NCBI GenBank assembly: GCA_963749495.1
Contig: CAVVMW010000023.1
Location: forward strand, 128,001-192,000
Direction: 5' to 3'
Origin: an uncultured bacterium
GTDB lineage: Bacteria; Verrucomicrobiota; Verrucomicrobiia; Limisphaerales; UBA8199
Length of the DNA stretch: 64,000 nucleotides
Under the pieces are notes generated by a model that did not search any database, was not told the origin of the DNA, and worked only from the letters and a program-made list of their open reading frames with translations. Every line of letters begins with the position of its first letter. Position 1 is the first letter of the stretch. The position numbers were made by a program, and so were the translations under genes. Below are positions 41,126 to 51,559 of the stretch, one piece after another.

Positions 41126-41349
41126 AAACGGGGTGTCCCCGAGCCGACGCGCCGGGCCGTTATCGAAATGCCCCCCCGGGACAACCACGGCTCCTGCTCT
41201 GCCCTGCGGCACTTCGGGACAGAGGGTTGACCGGAGGGGGTTTTGGGAGGTAAGCTCCTGGCCGTCATGAACCTCCAATTAGAGTTGCGGGGGCTCAATA
41301 TGCGAGCCGATGGTTTGTTGAATAAGGGTTAGGCGGTTCCCGGCATGTT

Positions 41350-41499
41350 ATGAAAAACCTGATTCTGGCGCTGGCCTTTGTCGTTATCGCTTCTGCGCTC
41401 GTTGCAGGCTGCGGAGAAAAACCGTCGAACCCATCCACGGGGAATCGCGGCAGTCATTTGACCGCGTCAGACTTAGCACAGCTATTTGGACAATGTTAG
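41350..41499 (+). CDS. Small lipoprotein or truncated lipoprotein gene (49 aa)
   Basis: MKNLILALAFVVIASALVAG-C lipobox signal; below the ORF-track cutoff. Confidence 0.5.
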   Translation: MKNLILALAFVVIASALVAGCGEKPSNPSTGNRGSHLTASDLAQLFGQC

Positions 41500-41534
41500 A
41501 TTTCCCCGGAAAAGTAGCCACCGCGGTCAATCTT

Positions 41535-41722
41535 GTCCCGGAGGGACACTTGAGAATAGCCCAACGTTTCAACGTTGGGTTTAGCCGCCACAGGGGAATA
41601 AGTCCCGTAGGGACGGCTGAACAGCTTGTTGCTTTCAGCCGTCCCTACGGGACTCATGATTATTCGGTGCGAGTGAACCCAACGTTGAAACGTTGGGCTA
41701 TTCTCAGATGTCCCTACGGGAC
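41535..41722. repeat. REP/REPIN-like nested palindrome (GTCCCGTAGGGAC / CCCAACGTTTCAACGTTGGG)
   Basis: Six small hairpins arranged in mirror symmetry. Confidence 0.9.
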
Positions 41723-41777
41723 AGGACTCGGGAGCGTTCAGCCTGTTTCCGAGGGAATCTAGCATCGTCGGACTATT

Positions 41778-41922
41778 GAGGGCCTGTCCCAAGAGCTCTG
41801 GTTCCGGACCTTTGTCGCAGCCTTTGTCGGCGCCTTTGTCGAAAGAGGGCCAATCCGACAAAGGTTTCGACAAAGGCTGCGACAAAGGTCGCCCACTCGC
41901 GGGGCCCTTGGGACAGGCTCTA
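41778..41922. repeat. CCTTTGTCG palindromic repeat copy 5, enclosed by GCCTGTCCCAAG terminal inverted repeats (MITE-like)
   Basis: GAGGGCCTGTCCCAAG (41778-41793) and CTTGGGACAGGCTCTA (41907-41922) surround the 3+3 unit palindrome. Confidence 0.8.
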
Positions 41923-42480
41923 TTTAGGAACCGCCTTGCCCTCGATCTTCGCCAAAGCCTCGGTTGCTGCTGCCCCGAGCGTGTCCGCGAACTGCCCTTT
42001 CTCCTGGCTCTTCCTGGCCTCGCGCAAAGCAGGGATGGCGGCCTTCGCGAGCGGGCCGGCGTCTCCCAATTCGTGGATCGCGACGACAGCAAGCCCTTCG
42101 GGGGACGCGCCTCTGGTGATCTCAATGAGGGCCGCGATCGCGGCGGCATGTCCTGGTTCGGCCCTCAGGAGCTTGCGGGCTGCCTCCGGGCGCGCTATCG
42201 CGTCCCGGTCCCGCAGCATCTTCAGAAGCGGCCGTTCCCAAATCTCCTTTTCCGCGCCGATGCATTCGAGCGCAGTGGCCAAGACCGAGGGATCCACTCG
42301 GCCGCAGTTGACCAGCTCCAGGAGAAGCGGTATGGCGGGCTTCGCATTCGGGCCGAGCCTGCTCAGGCTGGCAACAAATTGGTCGAGACCATAAGGGCCC
42401 TGTCCTTTCCTCAACTCCTCCAGGAGCGCGAGGGTGCCCGGCAACTCCCGTGCGTCGATCCGGCAAATCACCTCGGCCAG
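41920..42480 (-). pseudogene. HEAT-repeat protein fragment
   Basis: LGPNAKPAIPLL and LGDAGPLAKAAIPALREA HEAT motifs; no convincing start codon. Confidence 0.6.
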
Positions 42481-42595
42481 CGGCTGGCGGCGTGAACCCG
42501 CCAAAGTCGCGGATTCCACACTCCAGTCGTTTGAATCCCGGTTGGTTCCTGGAATGTTGTCGGATATCGCAAGTCGGCTCCGATATACTTAATGA

Positions 42596-44131
42596 ATGAC
42601 AGCCAGCGACCTGGATTTGCTCAGGCAATACGCTCGGGAGGGCATGGAGGATGCCTTCACCGCGCTGGTGAACCGGCATTTGGACCTGGTGTATTCGGCG
42701 GCGCTGCGCCAGGTCGGTTCGGCGGCATTGGCGGAGGAGGTCGCCCAGTCAGTTTTCACCGACCTGGCCCGGAACGCCCTTCGGCTGAAACCGGACACAC
42801 TTCTGACCGCCTGGCTCTACCAGGTAGCCCGCCGCACTGCCATCGACGTGGTGCGCAAGGAGTCGAGCCGCCAAATGCGGGAACGGATTGCCCTGGAACT
42901 TGCGGACATGAAGACAAATGGCGCGGAGTGGACCCAAATCGGTCCGTTGCTGGATGAGGCCATGGAGGCGCTGCCCGAGGCGGATCGCAGCGCGATTCTC
43001 CTGCGCTATTTCGAAAACCGGAGCCTGCGCGAGGTCGGCCAAACCCTGGGGATGTCCGAGGACGCCGCACAAAAGCGCGTGAGCCGGGCTGTCGAGCGGT
43101 TGCGCGGGTTTTTCTCGAAGCAAGGCCTCACGGTCGGCGCCGGGGGCCTGGCTGCTCTCCTCTCCGCCAATGCCGTGGAGTCCTCGCCTGTGGGACTGGG
43201 CGCCACGATCTCGGCGGCAGCCGCTCTTTCCGGGGCCGGTGTCCAGAGTGCAACAGCCCTCGGCGCGGCCAAAATCATCGCTATGACTACAATTCAGAAA
43301 ACCCTGATTGCCGCGACACTCGCCGCGGCTGTGGGAACGGGGATTTACGGCGTCCGCCGGAATTCTCATCTCCGAGACCAGCTTCGAGCGCAAGAGCAGC
43401 GGGAAGCGCCACTGGCAGAGCAAAACCGGCAGTTGCGCCAGGAGCGCGATGACGCCACACAACAGGCCGCCGCGCTGCGTGACGACAATGAACGTCTGAA
43501 GGGCAACTCCGCCGAGCTCCTCAAACTCCGCGGGGAAACGGGCGTATTGAGGCGTCAATTAGCTGAGACCGTCAAGAAGCAAGCCCCACCCCCTGTGCCA
43601 ACCACCCCGGCTGATGAGCCAAACGCGCCCATCACAGATGCGTCAGGCAACGTTGACCTGCTCAAAAAGGCTGTGGAAAAATGGCCGCATTTGAAAATTC
43701 CGGAACTTCGGTTTGTCACCGAGAAGGATTGGCGACTCGCTTCCACCTCCAGTTCGCTGAAAACCGACGATGGCTGTCGCTGGGCATTGTCAGAGTTGAG
43801 ACGTTTTGTGGAAGACCGCTTCGCCGGCATGGCCATGGAGGCGTTGACAAGATACATGCAGGCCAATAACGGGCAATTCCCCACCGATCTCTCCCAACTA
43901 CAGCCCTACTTCAAATCGCCTATCGACAATGCGATCCTCCAACGCTACGAGATCGTGCCTGCGAAACCGTTTTCCGATCCGCCTCTGGAAATGGTGGTTG
44001 GAGATTGGATCATAGTATCGAAGGCCCCGGTAGATTCAATGGATAGCCGGGTCGGAATCACCCTAGGTGGTTATGGACACGCTTTCAGCTTTCACTCGCC
44101 AGCGGCGAACCCGGCGGAGACAAACCAGTGA
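42596..44131 (+). CDS. ECF sigma-70 factor with transmembrane/coiled-coil C-terminal extension
   Basis: SDLDLLRQYA...AFTALVNRHLDLVYSAALRQV region 2; DRSAILLRYFENRSLREVG..LG.SEDAAQKRVSRA region 4. Confidence 0.92.
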   Translation: MTASDLDLLRQYAREGMEDAFTALVNRHLDLVYSAALRQVGSAALAEEVAQSVFTDLARNALRLKPDTLLTAWLYQVARRTAIDVVRKESSRQMRERIALELADMKTNGAEWTQIGPLLDEAMEALPEADRSAILLRYFENRSLREVGQTLGMSEDAAQKRVSRAVERLRGFFSKQGLTVGAGGLAALLSANAVESSPVGLGATISAAAALSGAGVQSATALGAAKIIAMTTIQKTLIAATLAAAVGTGIYGVRRNSHLRDQLRAQEQREAPLAEQNRQLRQERDDATQQAAALRDDNERLKGNSAELLKLRGETGVLRRQLAETVKKQAPPPVPTTPADEPNAPITDASGNVDLLKKAVEKWPHLKIPELRFVTEKDWRLASTSSSLKTDDGCRWALSELRRFVEDRFAGMAMEALTRYMQANNGQFPTDLSQLQPYFKSPIDNAILQRYEIVPAKPFSDPPLEMVVGDWIIVSKAPVDSMDSRVGITLGGYGHAFSFHSPAANPAETNQ

Positions 44132-44144
44132 AGAAACCTTGTTC

Positions 44145-45719
44145 ATGAGCCGAACTCGAGAATAGGGCTGCTGGCCTTGGCCGCTTTGGTTCTTCTGGGC
44201 GCGCTGGCGGGCCTCTGCTCGTGCAGGAACAGCGCGCTGGCGAACCTCGAACGGACCCGCCGCGCCCTGCGTCAGGAAGGGTTCAAGCTCGAACTGGCCG
44301 AGTTTCAATTCCGAGTTTCCCCGGAAGAGAGCGCCCGCGCCGCCGCCCTGGACGAGGCCGTCGGACGCTGCTTCACCAGCCTCGCGAGATCGGGGTGCCT
44401 GCGCACGGCCGAGGATATTGATTGGCTTCCATCCGTGGGAACCAATGCCGCCCTGATCCTGTGGAACCAGCCCGATGTGAGGACCTGGGGGACCAACGAA
44501 TTATGGGCCGGCTTGCGCCCGTTGAATCACGCCATGCTGGATCGGGTTTGCCAGGTGGCGCTTTCCGGCCCCTACCGCCGTCCCCCTCCAAGAGTGAGAG
44601 ACGGCGGACTGGAATACTCGCCTGACAGGGCTTGCTGGTTCGTCCGCCCTCTGGCAGCGCGAGCCCTGGCAAACCTGCACGACCAGAACCCTGGCATGGC
44701 CTGGACGAACGTGATGGCGCTCACGCGGCTGGTGGTCCAGTGGCGGCCACAGCCGTTTGCGCTGATCTACCTCTGGTTCTATGCGCAGCGGGAGCAAAAC
44801 TCGCGCGTGGCCTACAGGGCGATCTGGCAGGCGCTGCAGGCGGGCGTGTGGAGCGACCCGCAGCTCGGGGCATTGCAGCGGGAATGGGAATCGGCCGATG
44901 TGCGGAGCGGCCTGTCGGAGATAGCCGCATGTGCGCGCGCGTATGTGGATCTGGTGTTTCGTCACGGGCTCGATGCTTGGCCCGATTTCCAGCCAGTCAG
45001 GGCGCGTTTGGGAGCGACTCACGGAGGAGTTGGCTGATATTCCCTACCGACTGCATGGGAAGTATGAAGACGAAGAAGTGCTCCTGCGGTTGCTGCGCGA
45101 CTGCGAGAAGGATTACCGACGGGCCGAGGCCTGCTCAACCTGGAAGCAGATAACAGAGCTGCCTGGAATCTGGTCCTGGACACCAAGTGCCAGCAACCTT
45201 GTGGCAACGGCAACGTGGTTGGTGGACCCGTCCGGGGAACGTGATCAAACGTTGAAAGGGCTGCAGCCGGTGTGTGGCTTCGCCTTCGTTCCGGCCATCT
45301 CGGGGCCGCCGCGGGCGCCGTGGCCGCTCGGGCGCGTAGCCAATTGGGAGACGCGGCGCCGGCTGCTGGTGGCGGCCATCGCCCTCGAGCGTTACCGGCT
45401 GCGCCGGGGTGCCTATCCCGAATCGCTGGACTCGCTGGTGCCGGAATTGCTCTCCAGCCCGCCGCTCGATTTCATGGACGGCAAACCGCTGCGCTACCGG
45501 CGCACTGAGGACGGCCATTTCCTCCTCTATTCCATCGGGACGGACTGCCTGGACGACGGCGGGAACGGCCGAATACCGGGCTCGCCTCGGCCCAACTCCG
45601 ACCTTGACCCACCGGATCTGGTCTGGCCGCGGCCCGCTTCACCGGCAGAAGTCGCCAAAGAGGCTGCCGCACGCCGCCTGACGCATCCCGCGAACGAGAC
45701 GACCACTTTCGTGCCGTAA
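44145..45719 (+). CDS. Hypothetical exported protein with PxDFMDGKPLRY...LLYSIG.D..DDGG C-terminus, frameshifted (ORFs 44177-45037 and 44931-45719)
   Basis: LERTRRALRQEGFKLEL N-terminus and AIALERYRLRRGAYPESLDSLVP C-terminus appear to belong to one protein; the ATG at 44145 is also out of frame. Confidence 0.55.
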
Positions 45720-45872
45720 TGACATCCCGGGCAGGGGACGAGGTTTGGTAGGTTCTCTGTCCCGGAGTGACATCTCCTGAGGTCAGTTGGATTCACCAGA
45801 CCCTTCAAGTCTTGTCCTTACCCAGATCGTTGGCCTCGCTCAGTGACCGGAGCTTATCGGCTCCGGTGCCTT

Positions 45873-46117
45873 CAGGCCGAAGGCCTGGCTCATACCAGCC
45901 CAGGGCAACGCCCTGGGTTTCCGTGCAGTTTCATTCTGTGGCAGGCCAACGGCCTGCCTCATACGGGGCATTGGTTGCGGGCACCTCGAACCGACATCCC
46001 CGGTCCGTTACAACAAACCCTCAGCACAATGAGTCGCGCTTTCAGCGCTCAGAATTATCCTTGGCCGATGAACCCAGGGCGTTGCCCTGGGCTGGTATGA
46101 ATGACGCCGTTGGCGTC
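45873..46117. repeat. REP/REPIN-like nested palindrome (CCCAGGGCAACGCCCTGGG family), copy 2
   Basis: Same arms as 16234-16474, opposite orientation. Confidence 0.9.
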
Positions 46118-46280
46118 CCAAACTGGCCCGCCACGCCCCATTTATGGGGGAGCGGCCTGGAACTCCGGGGAGCTTGCCGTCCCGGCGAGCGGGCCGGCGT
46201 TCCGGGGTCAGTGTCGGGATGCGGCCCCGCAAACACGCTGTCCCCTTTTGCGATTGGCGGGGATGAATAGGTAGAGGAAC

Positions 46281-49022
46281 ATGAGCACTATGAGCGATTG
46301 GGAACTAATTCAGCTTTATGCGAAAAGCCGCTCGGAACCGGCTTTCGCGGAGTTGGTCCGGCGTCATGTCGGGTGGGTTTACTCCGTGGCCATGCGCCAG
46401 GTCCGTCAACCACAACTGGCAGAGGAGGTAGCACAGTCGGTTTTCGTCCTGTTGGCGCGCAAGGCCGGCAGCCTCCGGTCGGGGACTATTCTGGGCGGCT
46501 GGCTTTTCCGCACAACCTGTTTCGTGGGCAGCCGCGCCCTCCGCGCCGAACAACGCCAAAAGAACCGTGAGCAAACCGCTTCGTCTATGATCGCCATCAC
46601 AACTCTCCCCGAGGACAATGAGGCCGCTTGGGAGCGGCTCGCGCCCCACCTGGACCAGGTGGTCGCAGCGCTTTCCGAGCCCGAACGGGCCGCTATTCTC
46701 CTGCGGTTTTACGAGAAGAAGCCCTTGCTGGAGGTCGGACGCCGTTTGGGCATCAGCGAAGAAGCTGCCAAGAAACGCGTCAGCCGGGCGGTTGACAAGA
46801 TGAGGACGTTGCTGGTTGGGCGTGGCGTGGCCGTGGGGAGCACGGTGCTGGCTGCCATTTTGGCACAGAGAACAGTGCAGGCTGCGCCCGTGGCCCTGGG
46901 CGCCGGCGTGCTCGAGGCCGCAGCCGCCGGCGTATCGGTCTCGGCAGTGCTGCCGCAATTGGCGCGCGAGACTCTCAGCGCCTGGCGCTGGGCAACAGTC
47001 AAACTCGCTGCCGGGCTGGCGACAACCGCGATAGCTTTGATTCTCGTGGCCGCAAGTGCCGGTGGTTTGTTCGTGCGCCACACGGCGTCGCAACCCGTCT
47101 CCGTGAAGGATTCCCCTGGGGCGGGGGTCACGACGGGGACGGACCAAGTTGTGGCTGCGTTTGCCGCCCCGACCGTCAAGGACGCAAGACAGGCATTGAA
47201 GAAGACCGGCGCGCTCACCGGTTTGGTCGTGGACAACCAGGGCCATCCGATCTCGGGCGCACAGGTGTGGGGCGGCTTTAGCCAGGCGCCTTTTGCCCAG
47301 GATAGCACCGACACCTCAGGGCGATTCGCCCTGGACAAGATTGCAACGCCACCGTTCGTGACGGTCACGGCGGACGGATTTGCCGCCGATCAACAGGAGT
47401 TTGATCCCACCAACGTGGCCGGAATGTTCGTATTTCGTCTCGTCCCCACGCGCCCGCTCATTATCCGCCTGGTGGACGAGTCCGGCCAGGGGGTGCCGGG
47501 GGTGCCCCTGTTTCTGGAAAACTGGTGGGGAAGAAGGCATACTCTCGGCCAGGATCTGCCACAGCAGACGGATGCGGATGGGCGATTGCGGTGGCTTTGC
47601 CCTCCCAAAGGTGAGTTGGAGGTGGGATTCGGCAAGACCGGCTACTGCTATTCTCGCACGAACAAGTTGGCGGCCGATGGCGAGGAGCACACGATTGTGC
47701 TGCACCCGGCCGCAACCGTAACCGGCAGCGTCAGTGATGCCGAGACAGGCGCCCCTGTGGTCAACTTTAAGTTTACGTCTGGGCACTCGCAACCGTGGAA
47801 CCCTGCCGACCCAACCCCGATGTGGGATTTGCGCAGCCAAACCAGCAGCGACGGGTCCTATACACTGGTGATCGAGGAGGAACAGGTTCCCTACCTGCGA
47901 GTCGAGGCCGACGGCTACGAAACAGTCGAAACTGAAATCAAGTTGACCAATGGGGTCGAAGGCGTTTGTGATTTTCAGTTGAAACGCCAGAGTGCGGCCA
48001 ATTCCATCCGCGGCACGGTGTTGCTGCCCGATGGCAGTCCGGCGGCTGGGGTGGAACTGGCCCTCTGCACAGCCCAGGCGGGTGTGGTGCTCAGCGGGAC
48101 AGCATTTGCGCCGGGCGCTTTTGGAAACATCCCCCGGTCCCAGCGCGAGGATTACCGCAAAAGCACTGACGAAAAAGGCTCCTTCTCGTTTGATCCGAAA
48201 CCGGGAGCGCACACGGTGGTGGCTGTCGGATCGGCTGGACTGGGTCAGGCGCGTTGTTTCGAGACATCAAAGCCGCTGGAGATTCGGCTTCAACCCTGGG
48301 GACGCATCGAAGGAACCGTGCGCACGCGAGACGGTCAGTGGGCCGGTCGCAACGTGACATGGAGCCATTCTGGAAACCTGACCAGTTGGATGACGCTCTT
48401 TTTCGACGCCAGAGGATTCTCAGCCCTCTCAGACGCCACCGGGAGGTTCACGCTCGAGCATGTTCCCCCGGGAGATTGCCGCGTAGCGGTTGGCGTCGAA
48501 TCCGGCACAACGTCCATTCTGTCGCCCTCGATCCACGTGAATCCCGGTGAAACTGTGGAGGCCCAGATCGGCGGCGTTGGCACCCCGGTCACCGGAAAGC
48601 TCGTAGCTCCCCAAGGCGTCGAGATCCGAAGCTGGCCAAACCAGGTCACATTCGCCCAACTGCACGTCGAATGGGACGACTATCATGTGCCCAAGGGCTT
48701 GACCGGCAACACAGTCGAGCGATGGAAATTGGAGTTTGAGGACACGGAGGCGGGCCGGGCCTGGTTCCGGGATCAATACTCTTATGAGTTCAAGGTGGGA
48801 GCAGATGGCTCGTTCACCATCCCCGAAGCCCTGCCGGGAAGATACCGGTTATACATAAATGTGGGGCAAGGATACCTTGGGTCCGGGCCCGACTCGAGGC
48901 CCAGCCCGCCTGGAAACCCTCGAATCGCGTCAACGGCGATGAAAGTAACTGTGCCGGAGGCGGCGGGAGAAAACGCGTCGTCCCTGGACCTTGGAGATGT
49001 TGTCCTTATGGCCGATCATTAG
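46281..49022 (+). CDS. ECF sigma-70 factor fused via a TM segment to carboxypeptidase-regulatory-like beta-sandwich repeats
   Basis: ECF regions 2 and 4 at the N-terminus; repeated G.V.D..G.P..GA.V and TD..GRF motifs. Confidence 0.9.
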   Translation: MSTMSDWELIQLYAKSRSEPAFAELVRRHVGWVYSVAMRQVRQPQLAEEVAQSVFVLLARKAGSLRSGTILGGWLFRTTCFVGSRALRAEQRQKNREQTASSMIAITTLPEDNEAAWERLAPHLDQVVAALSEPERAAILLRFYEKKPLLEVGRRLGISEEAAKKRVSRAVDKMRTLLVGRGVAVGSTVLAAILAQRTVQAAPVALGAGVLEAAAAGVSVSAVLPQLARETLSAWRWATVKLAAGLATTAIALILVAASAGGLFVRHTASQPVSVKDSPGAGVTTGTDQVVAAFAAPTVKDARQALKKTGALTGLVVDNQGHPISGAQVWGGFSQAPFAQDSTDTSGRFALDKIATPPFVTVTADGFAADQQEFDPTNVAGMFVFRLVPTRPLIIRLVDESGQGVPGVPLFLENWWGRRHTLGQDLPQQTDADGRLRWLCPPKGELEVGFGKTGYCYSRTNKLAADGEEHTIVLHPAATVTGSVSDAETGAPVVNFKFTSGHSQPWNPADPTPMWDLRSQTSSDGSYTLVIEEEQVPYLRVEADGYETVETEIKLTNGVEGVCDFQLKRQSAANSIRGTVLLPDGSPAAGVELALCTAQAGVVLSGTAFAPGAFGNIPRSQREDYRKSTDEKGSFSFDPKPGAHTVVAVGSAGLGQARCFETSKPLEIRLQPWGRIEGTVRTRDGQWAGRNVTWSHSGNLTSWMTLFFDARGFSALSDATGRFTLEHVPPGDCRVAVGVESGTTSILSPSIHVNPGETVEAQIGGVGTPVTGKLVAPQGVEIRSWPNQVTFAQLHVEWDDYHVPKGLTGNTVERWKLEFEDTEAGRAWFRDQYSYEFKVGADGSFTIPEALPGRYRLYINVGQGYLGSGPDSRPSPPGNPRIASTAMKVTVPEAAGENASSLDLGDVVLMADH

Positions 49023-49104
49023 GCCTCGGTTCAATGGGGACGGGGTCAGAAAGCAAAAGGCGCAACACCCCTGAAGAAGCATTGCGCCTTGCCGACAACG
49101 ACGA

Positions 49105-49536
49105 TTACAGCTTGGTCTTGCCGGCCGCCTTTCTTGCCGCCCACCTGGCTTTCATGATCTCCGAAAACCTCTTCCTTGCTGCCGGTGAATACTTGCTCTT
49201 TGGTTTTTCTTCAGACACTGGAGCGTCCATGGCCTTTCTCCCCACCCGCTTCGCTACGCCGGCCCGAATGTTTGCAAGACCCTCAGGACTGAGTTTCCTC
49301 CGCTTCCGTTTTGCCGGTTTTGCTGCCGGGGCAAATTCAGGAGCACTCTCCGCCTTGGCCATCCTCTTTCTCCTTTTCCGCCTCCCGTTCTTCGGCCTCA
49401 CAGGGGCCTCAATGGGGGCAGGAGCAGGGACCTCATTGCCCAGGAGTTCGTTCAGTTGTTCTTGCAGCGCGTCCAGTTTCTCTTTGAGGTCGGCCGCTTT
49501 CCGTAGTTGTTGTGGTGACACGTTAGTTATGTCCAT
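49105..49536 (-). CDS. Small, very basic nucleoid-associated/histone-like protein (143 aa)
   Basis: N-terminal coiled coil (LRKAADLKEKLDALQEQLNELLG), Lys/Arg-rich linker, two (L/Y)SPxx(R/L)xxI/F...K.R(W/V) repeats. Confidence 0.65.
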   Translation of the reverse strand: MDITNVSPQQLRKAADLKEKLDALQEQLNELLGNEVPAPAPIEAPVRPKNGRRKRRKRMAKAESAPEFAPAAKPAKRKRRKLSPEGLANIRAGVAKRVGRKAMDAPVSEEKPKSKYSPAARKRFSEIMKARWAARKAAGKTKL

Positions 49537-49658
49537 ATCGGCGCAATGTGGCTGGAACCGTGGGAAAGTCAAGCTTCTCGTGCAAATCTGGGAGATTAAC
49601 CTCTTATCCGCACTCTGACGATGGTGGCCGGGCCGACAACTTACCAGTCGCCCTCGCT

Positions 49659-49973
49659 CTATTTGGCAGCACCCGCTTTTTCGGCTTTTTCGTGCTCCAC
49701 GTTTACGATTGCGCCCGTGAGCGCATCCACATTGACCTCGGTGATGTCTTTCGAATCCGGGGTGGTGAAGGCAAAAGACCAGATCAGTTTGCCGTGTTCC
49801 CTTTCCAGTTCGCAATCCTTCACGGTTCCGTTCGGGACCTTGGTCAGGGCCGTGGCCTGGGCGTCGGCCTTGCTGATTTTAGCCTTTGCCTGAAGTTGGG
49901 ATTCGGATTCCGTCTGACAGCCCACGAGCAAGCCCGCGGCCAGGATCGCACAAAGGGCCAATTGTATTTTCAT
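49659..49973 (-). CDS. PepSY domain lipoprotein
   Basis: LLVG-C lipobox; AKISKADAQATAL..VP.G.V...ELERE...W...EVNVDALTG. Confidence 0.88.
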   Translation of the reverse strand: MKIQLALCAILAAGLLVGCQTESESQLQAKAKISKADAQATALTKVPNGTVKDCELEREHGKLIWSFAFTTPDSKDITEVNVDALTGAIVNVEHEKAEKAGAAK

Positions 49974-50120
49974 GGTTTTGCTTTTCGTTTAATTTGTTCT
50001 GCGGACAAACTCTACGAGCCGGGCATGAACATCACAATACATAAAATATGACATGGGCATTGAGGTTCTCCTCGACGGCGACAGCCGTTTTTGAGATCCT
50101 TCCTCAGGCATCCAAAAGAA

Positions 50121-51257
50121 ATGTCCAATCTCACATCGCGCTATGCCTGTCGAATCGCCGCCGCTGGAGCCCGGATCGAGGAGGCCTACCGCCACCGGGA
50201 AAAGGCGCCGGTGCCGTTCCTGGTTGCCGATGCCAATTACTGGCTCTCGGGTGAGACACCGTCGCTCATCCCGGATGATTACTTCACCAACTGCGAGTCC
50301 ATGCTGCAGTTTCAACTGCGGAAAATGGAGCGGCACATGGAGAGCCTCGATGATGATTTCATTCCGTTCCTGTTTCCTTGGTACGGAACCGGGGTATTGG
50401 CGTCGGCACTCGGCTGCCCGACTCTGTTTCAAGCCAAGATGGACCCGGCCATCCAGGGGACGGCCATCCATACACCCGAGCAAGTCCGCCGCCTGTCGCT
50501 GCCCGACCCGCAGAAGGACGGGTTGATGCCGCGCGTCCTGGAAACCATCCGGCATTTCCGCGCGCATTCCGATTTGCCGGTGTCCTTCACGGATCCCCAA
50601 GGCCCGCTCACGACGGCCTTGACGGTGGTTGGCCCGGAGACGCTCTTTGTGTGGTTCTATGAACGCCCTCGCGAGGCGCGTGAGCTTCTGGAGTTCTGCA
50701 CCGAAGCGTTCATCCGCTGGGTCAAGGCGCAGAAACAGGAAATCGGGCCGACGGCCGCCAGAGGCTGCTTTCCGCACGGGATTCTCCTGCCGAAGACCTT
50801 CGGCACAGTCTGGCTCAGCGACGACGATTGCGTGGCGATCTCGGCGGAGCACTACCGGAAGTTCGTGATGCCCTGCAACGCGCGGGTCTTCAGAGAATTC
50901 GGCGGCGGCACCCTGCACTTCTGCGGCAGCGCCGAGCACCAGATCGAGAACTTCTCCAAGACCGAAGGCCTGGCCGGTGTGAACAATTTCTGCATGGGAA
51001 ATTTCCGCCAACTCTACAAGATGCAGGATGTGTTCGCGGACCGCGTCCTGCTCATGGCGTGCGATTACACGCCCCGCGACATCGAGGCCTACTATGCGGA
51101 TTTGTTCCGGGGCTTGAAGCGGAAGGGAACCGTCGTGGCGTCATTTATTTCCCCGGAGATGGCTCTGAATGAAGGCAAGTACGAGGTCATCTCCAGGACC
51201 GGCCCCGAGCTCGCCGGCGAGGTTTACCGCGTGCTGCGGCGGCACGTTGAGAGATAA
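50121..51257 (+). CDS. Uroporphyrinogen decarboxylase / MtaA-CmuA methyltransferase family protein
   Basis: TDPQGPLTTA, WLSDDD..AIS..Y.KFV.P.N and LHFCG metal-binding motif. Confidence 0.75.
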   Translation: MSNLTSRYACRIAAAGARIEEAYRHREKAPVPFLVADANYWLSGETPSLIPDDYFTNCESMLQFQLRKMERHMESLDDDFIPFLFPWYGTGVLASALGCPTLFQAKMDPAIQGTAIHTPEQVRRLSLPDPQKDGLMPRVLETIRHFRAHSDLPVSFTDPQGPLTTALTVVGPETLFVWFYERPREARELLEFCTEAFIRWVKAQKQEIGPTAARGCFPHGILLPKTFGTVWLSDDDCVAISAEHYRKFVMPCNARVFREFGGGTLHFCGSAEHQIENFSKTEGLAGVNNFCMGNFRQLYKMQDVFADRVLLMACDYTPRDIEAYYADLFRGLKRKGTVVASFISPEMALNEGKYEVISRTGPELAGEVYRVLRRHVER

Positions 51258-51336
51258 TGAGCAGGGTCAACCCTGCATGGTCCCCCCCGAACCTGCTCTG
51301 GACTTTCCGGCCCCCCTCGCCCTATGCTCACCGGCA

Positions 51337-51549
51337 ATGAAACCGAACCTTGTCGTCGGATGTGTCCTTCTCGAACTCAGTGACCTGGCTCCCGAGGAGG
51401 CCGCGCGTGTCACCGTCAACGGCCAGGATGCCGGCGGCTTCATCAGCCGGCCTCTCTGCCTGGACGTGACCCGGTGGATCAAGGCCGGGGAGAACTCCGT
51501 CCGCATCGAACCCTTCTCGCCCAGGCAAGCCAGGCTCTGCGTCTATTGA
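51337..51549 (+). pseudogene. C-terminal fragment of a glycoside hydrolase sugar-binding beta-sandwich
   Basis: AARVTVNGQDAG....P..LDVT.WIKAGENSVRIE motif, no catalytic domain. Confidence 0.5.
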
Positions 51550-51559
51550 GGGCTGCACT

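Noticed and set aside
41328..41501. Integron cassette (GTTAGGC and GTTAGAT cores around the small lipoprotein ORF)
   Set aside because: No matching RYYYAAC inverse cores or attC stem, and no integrase in the window.
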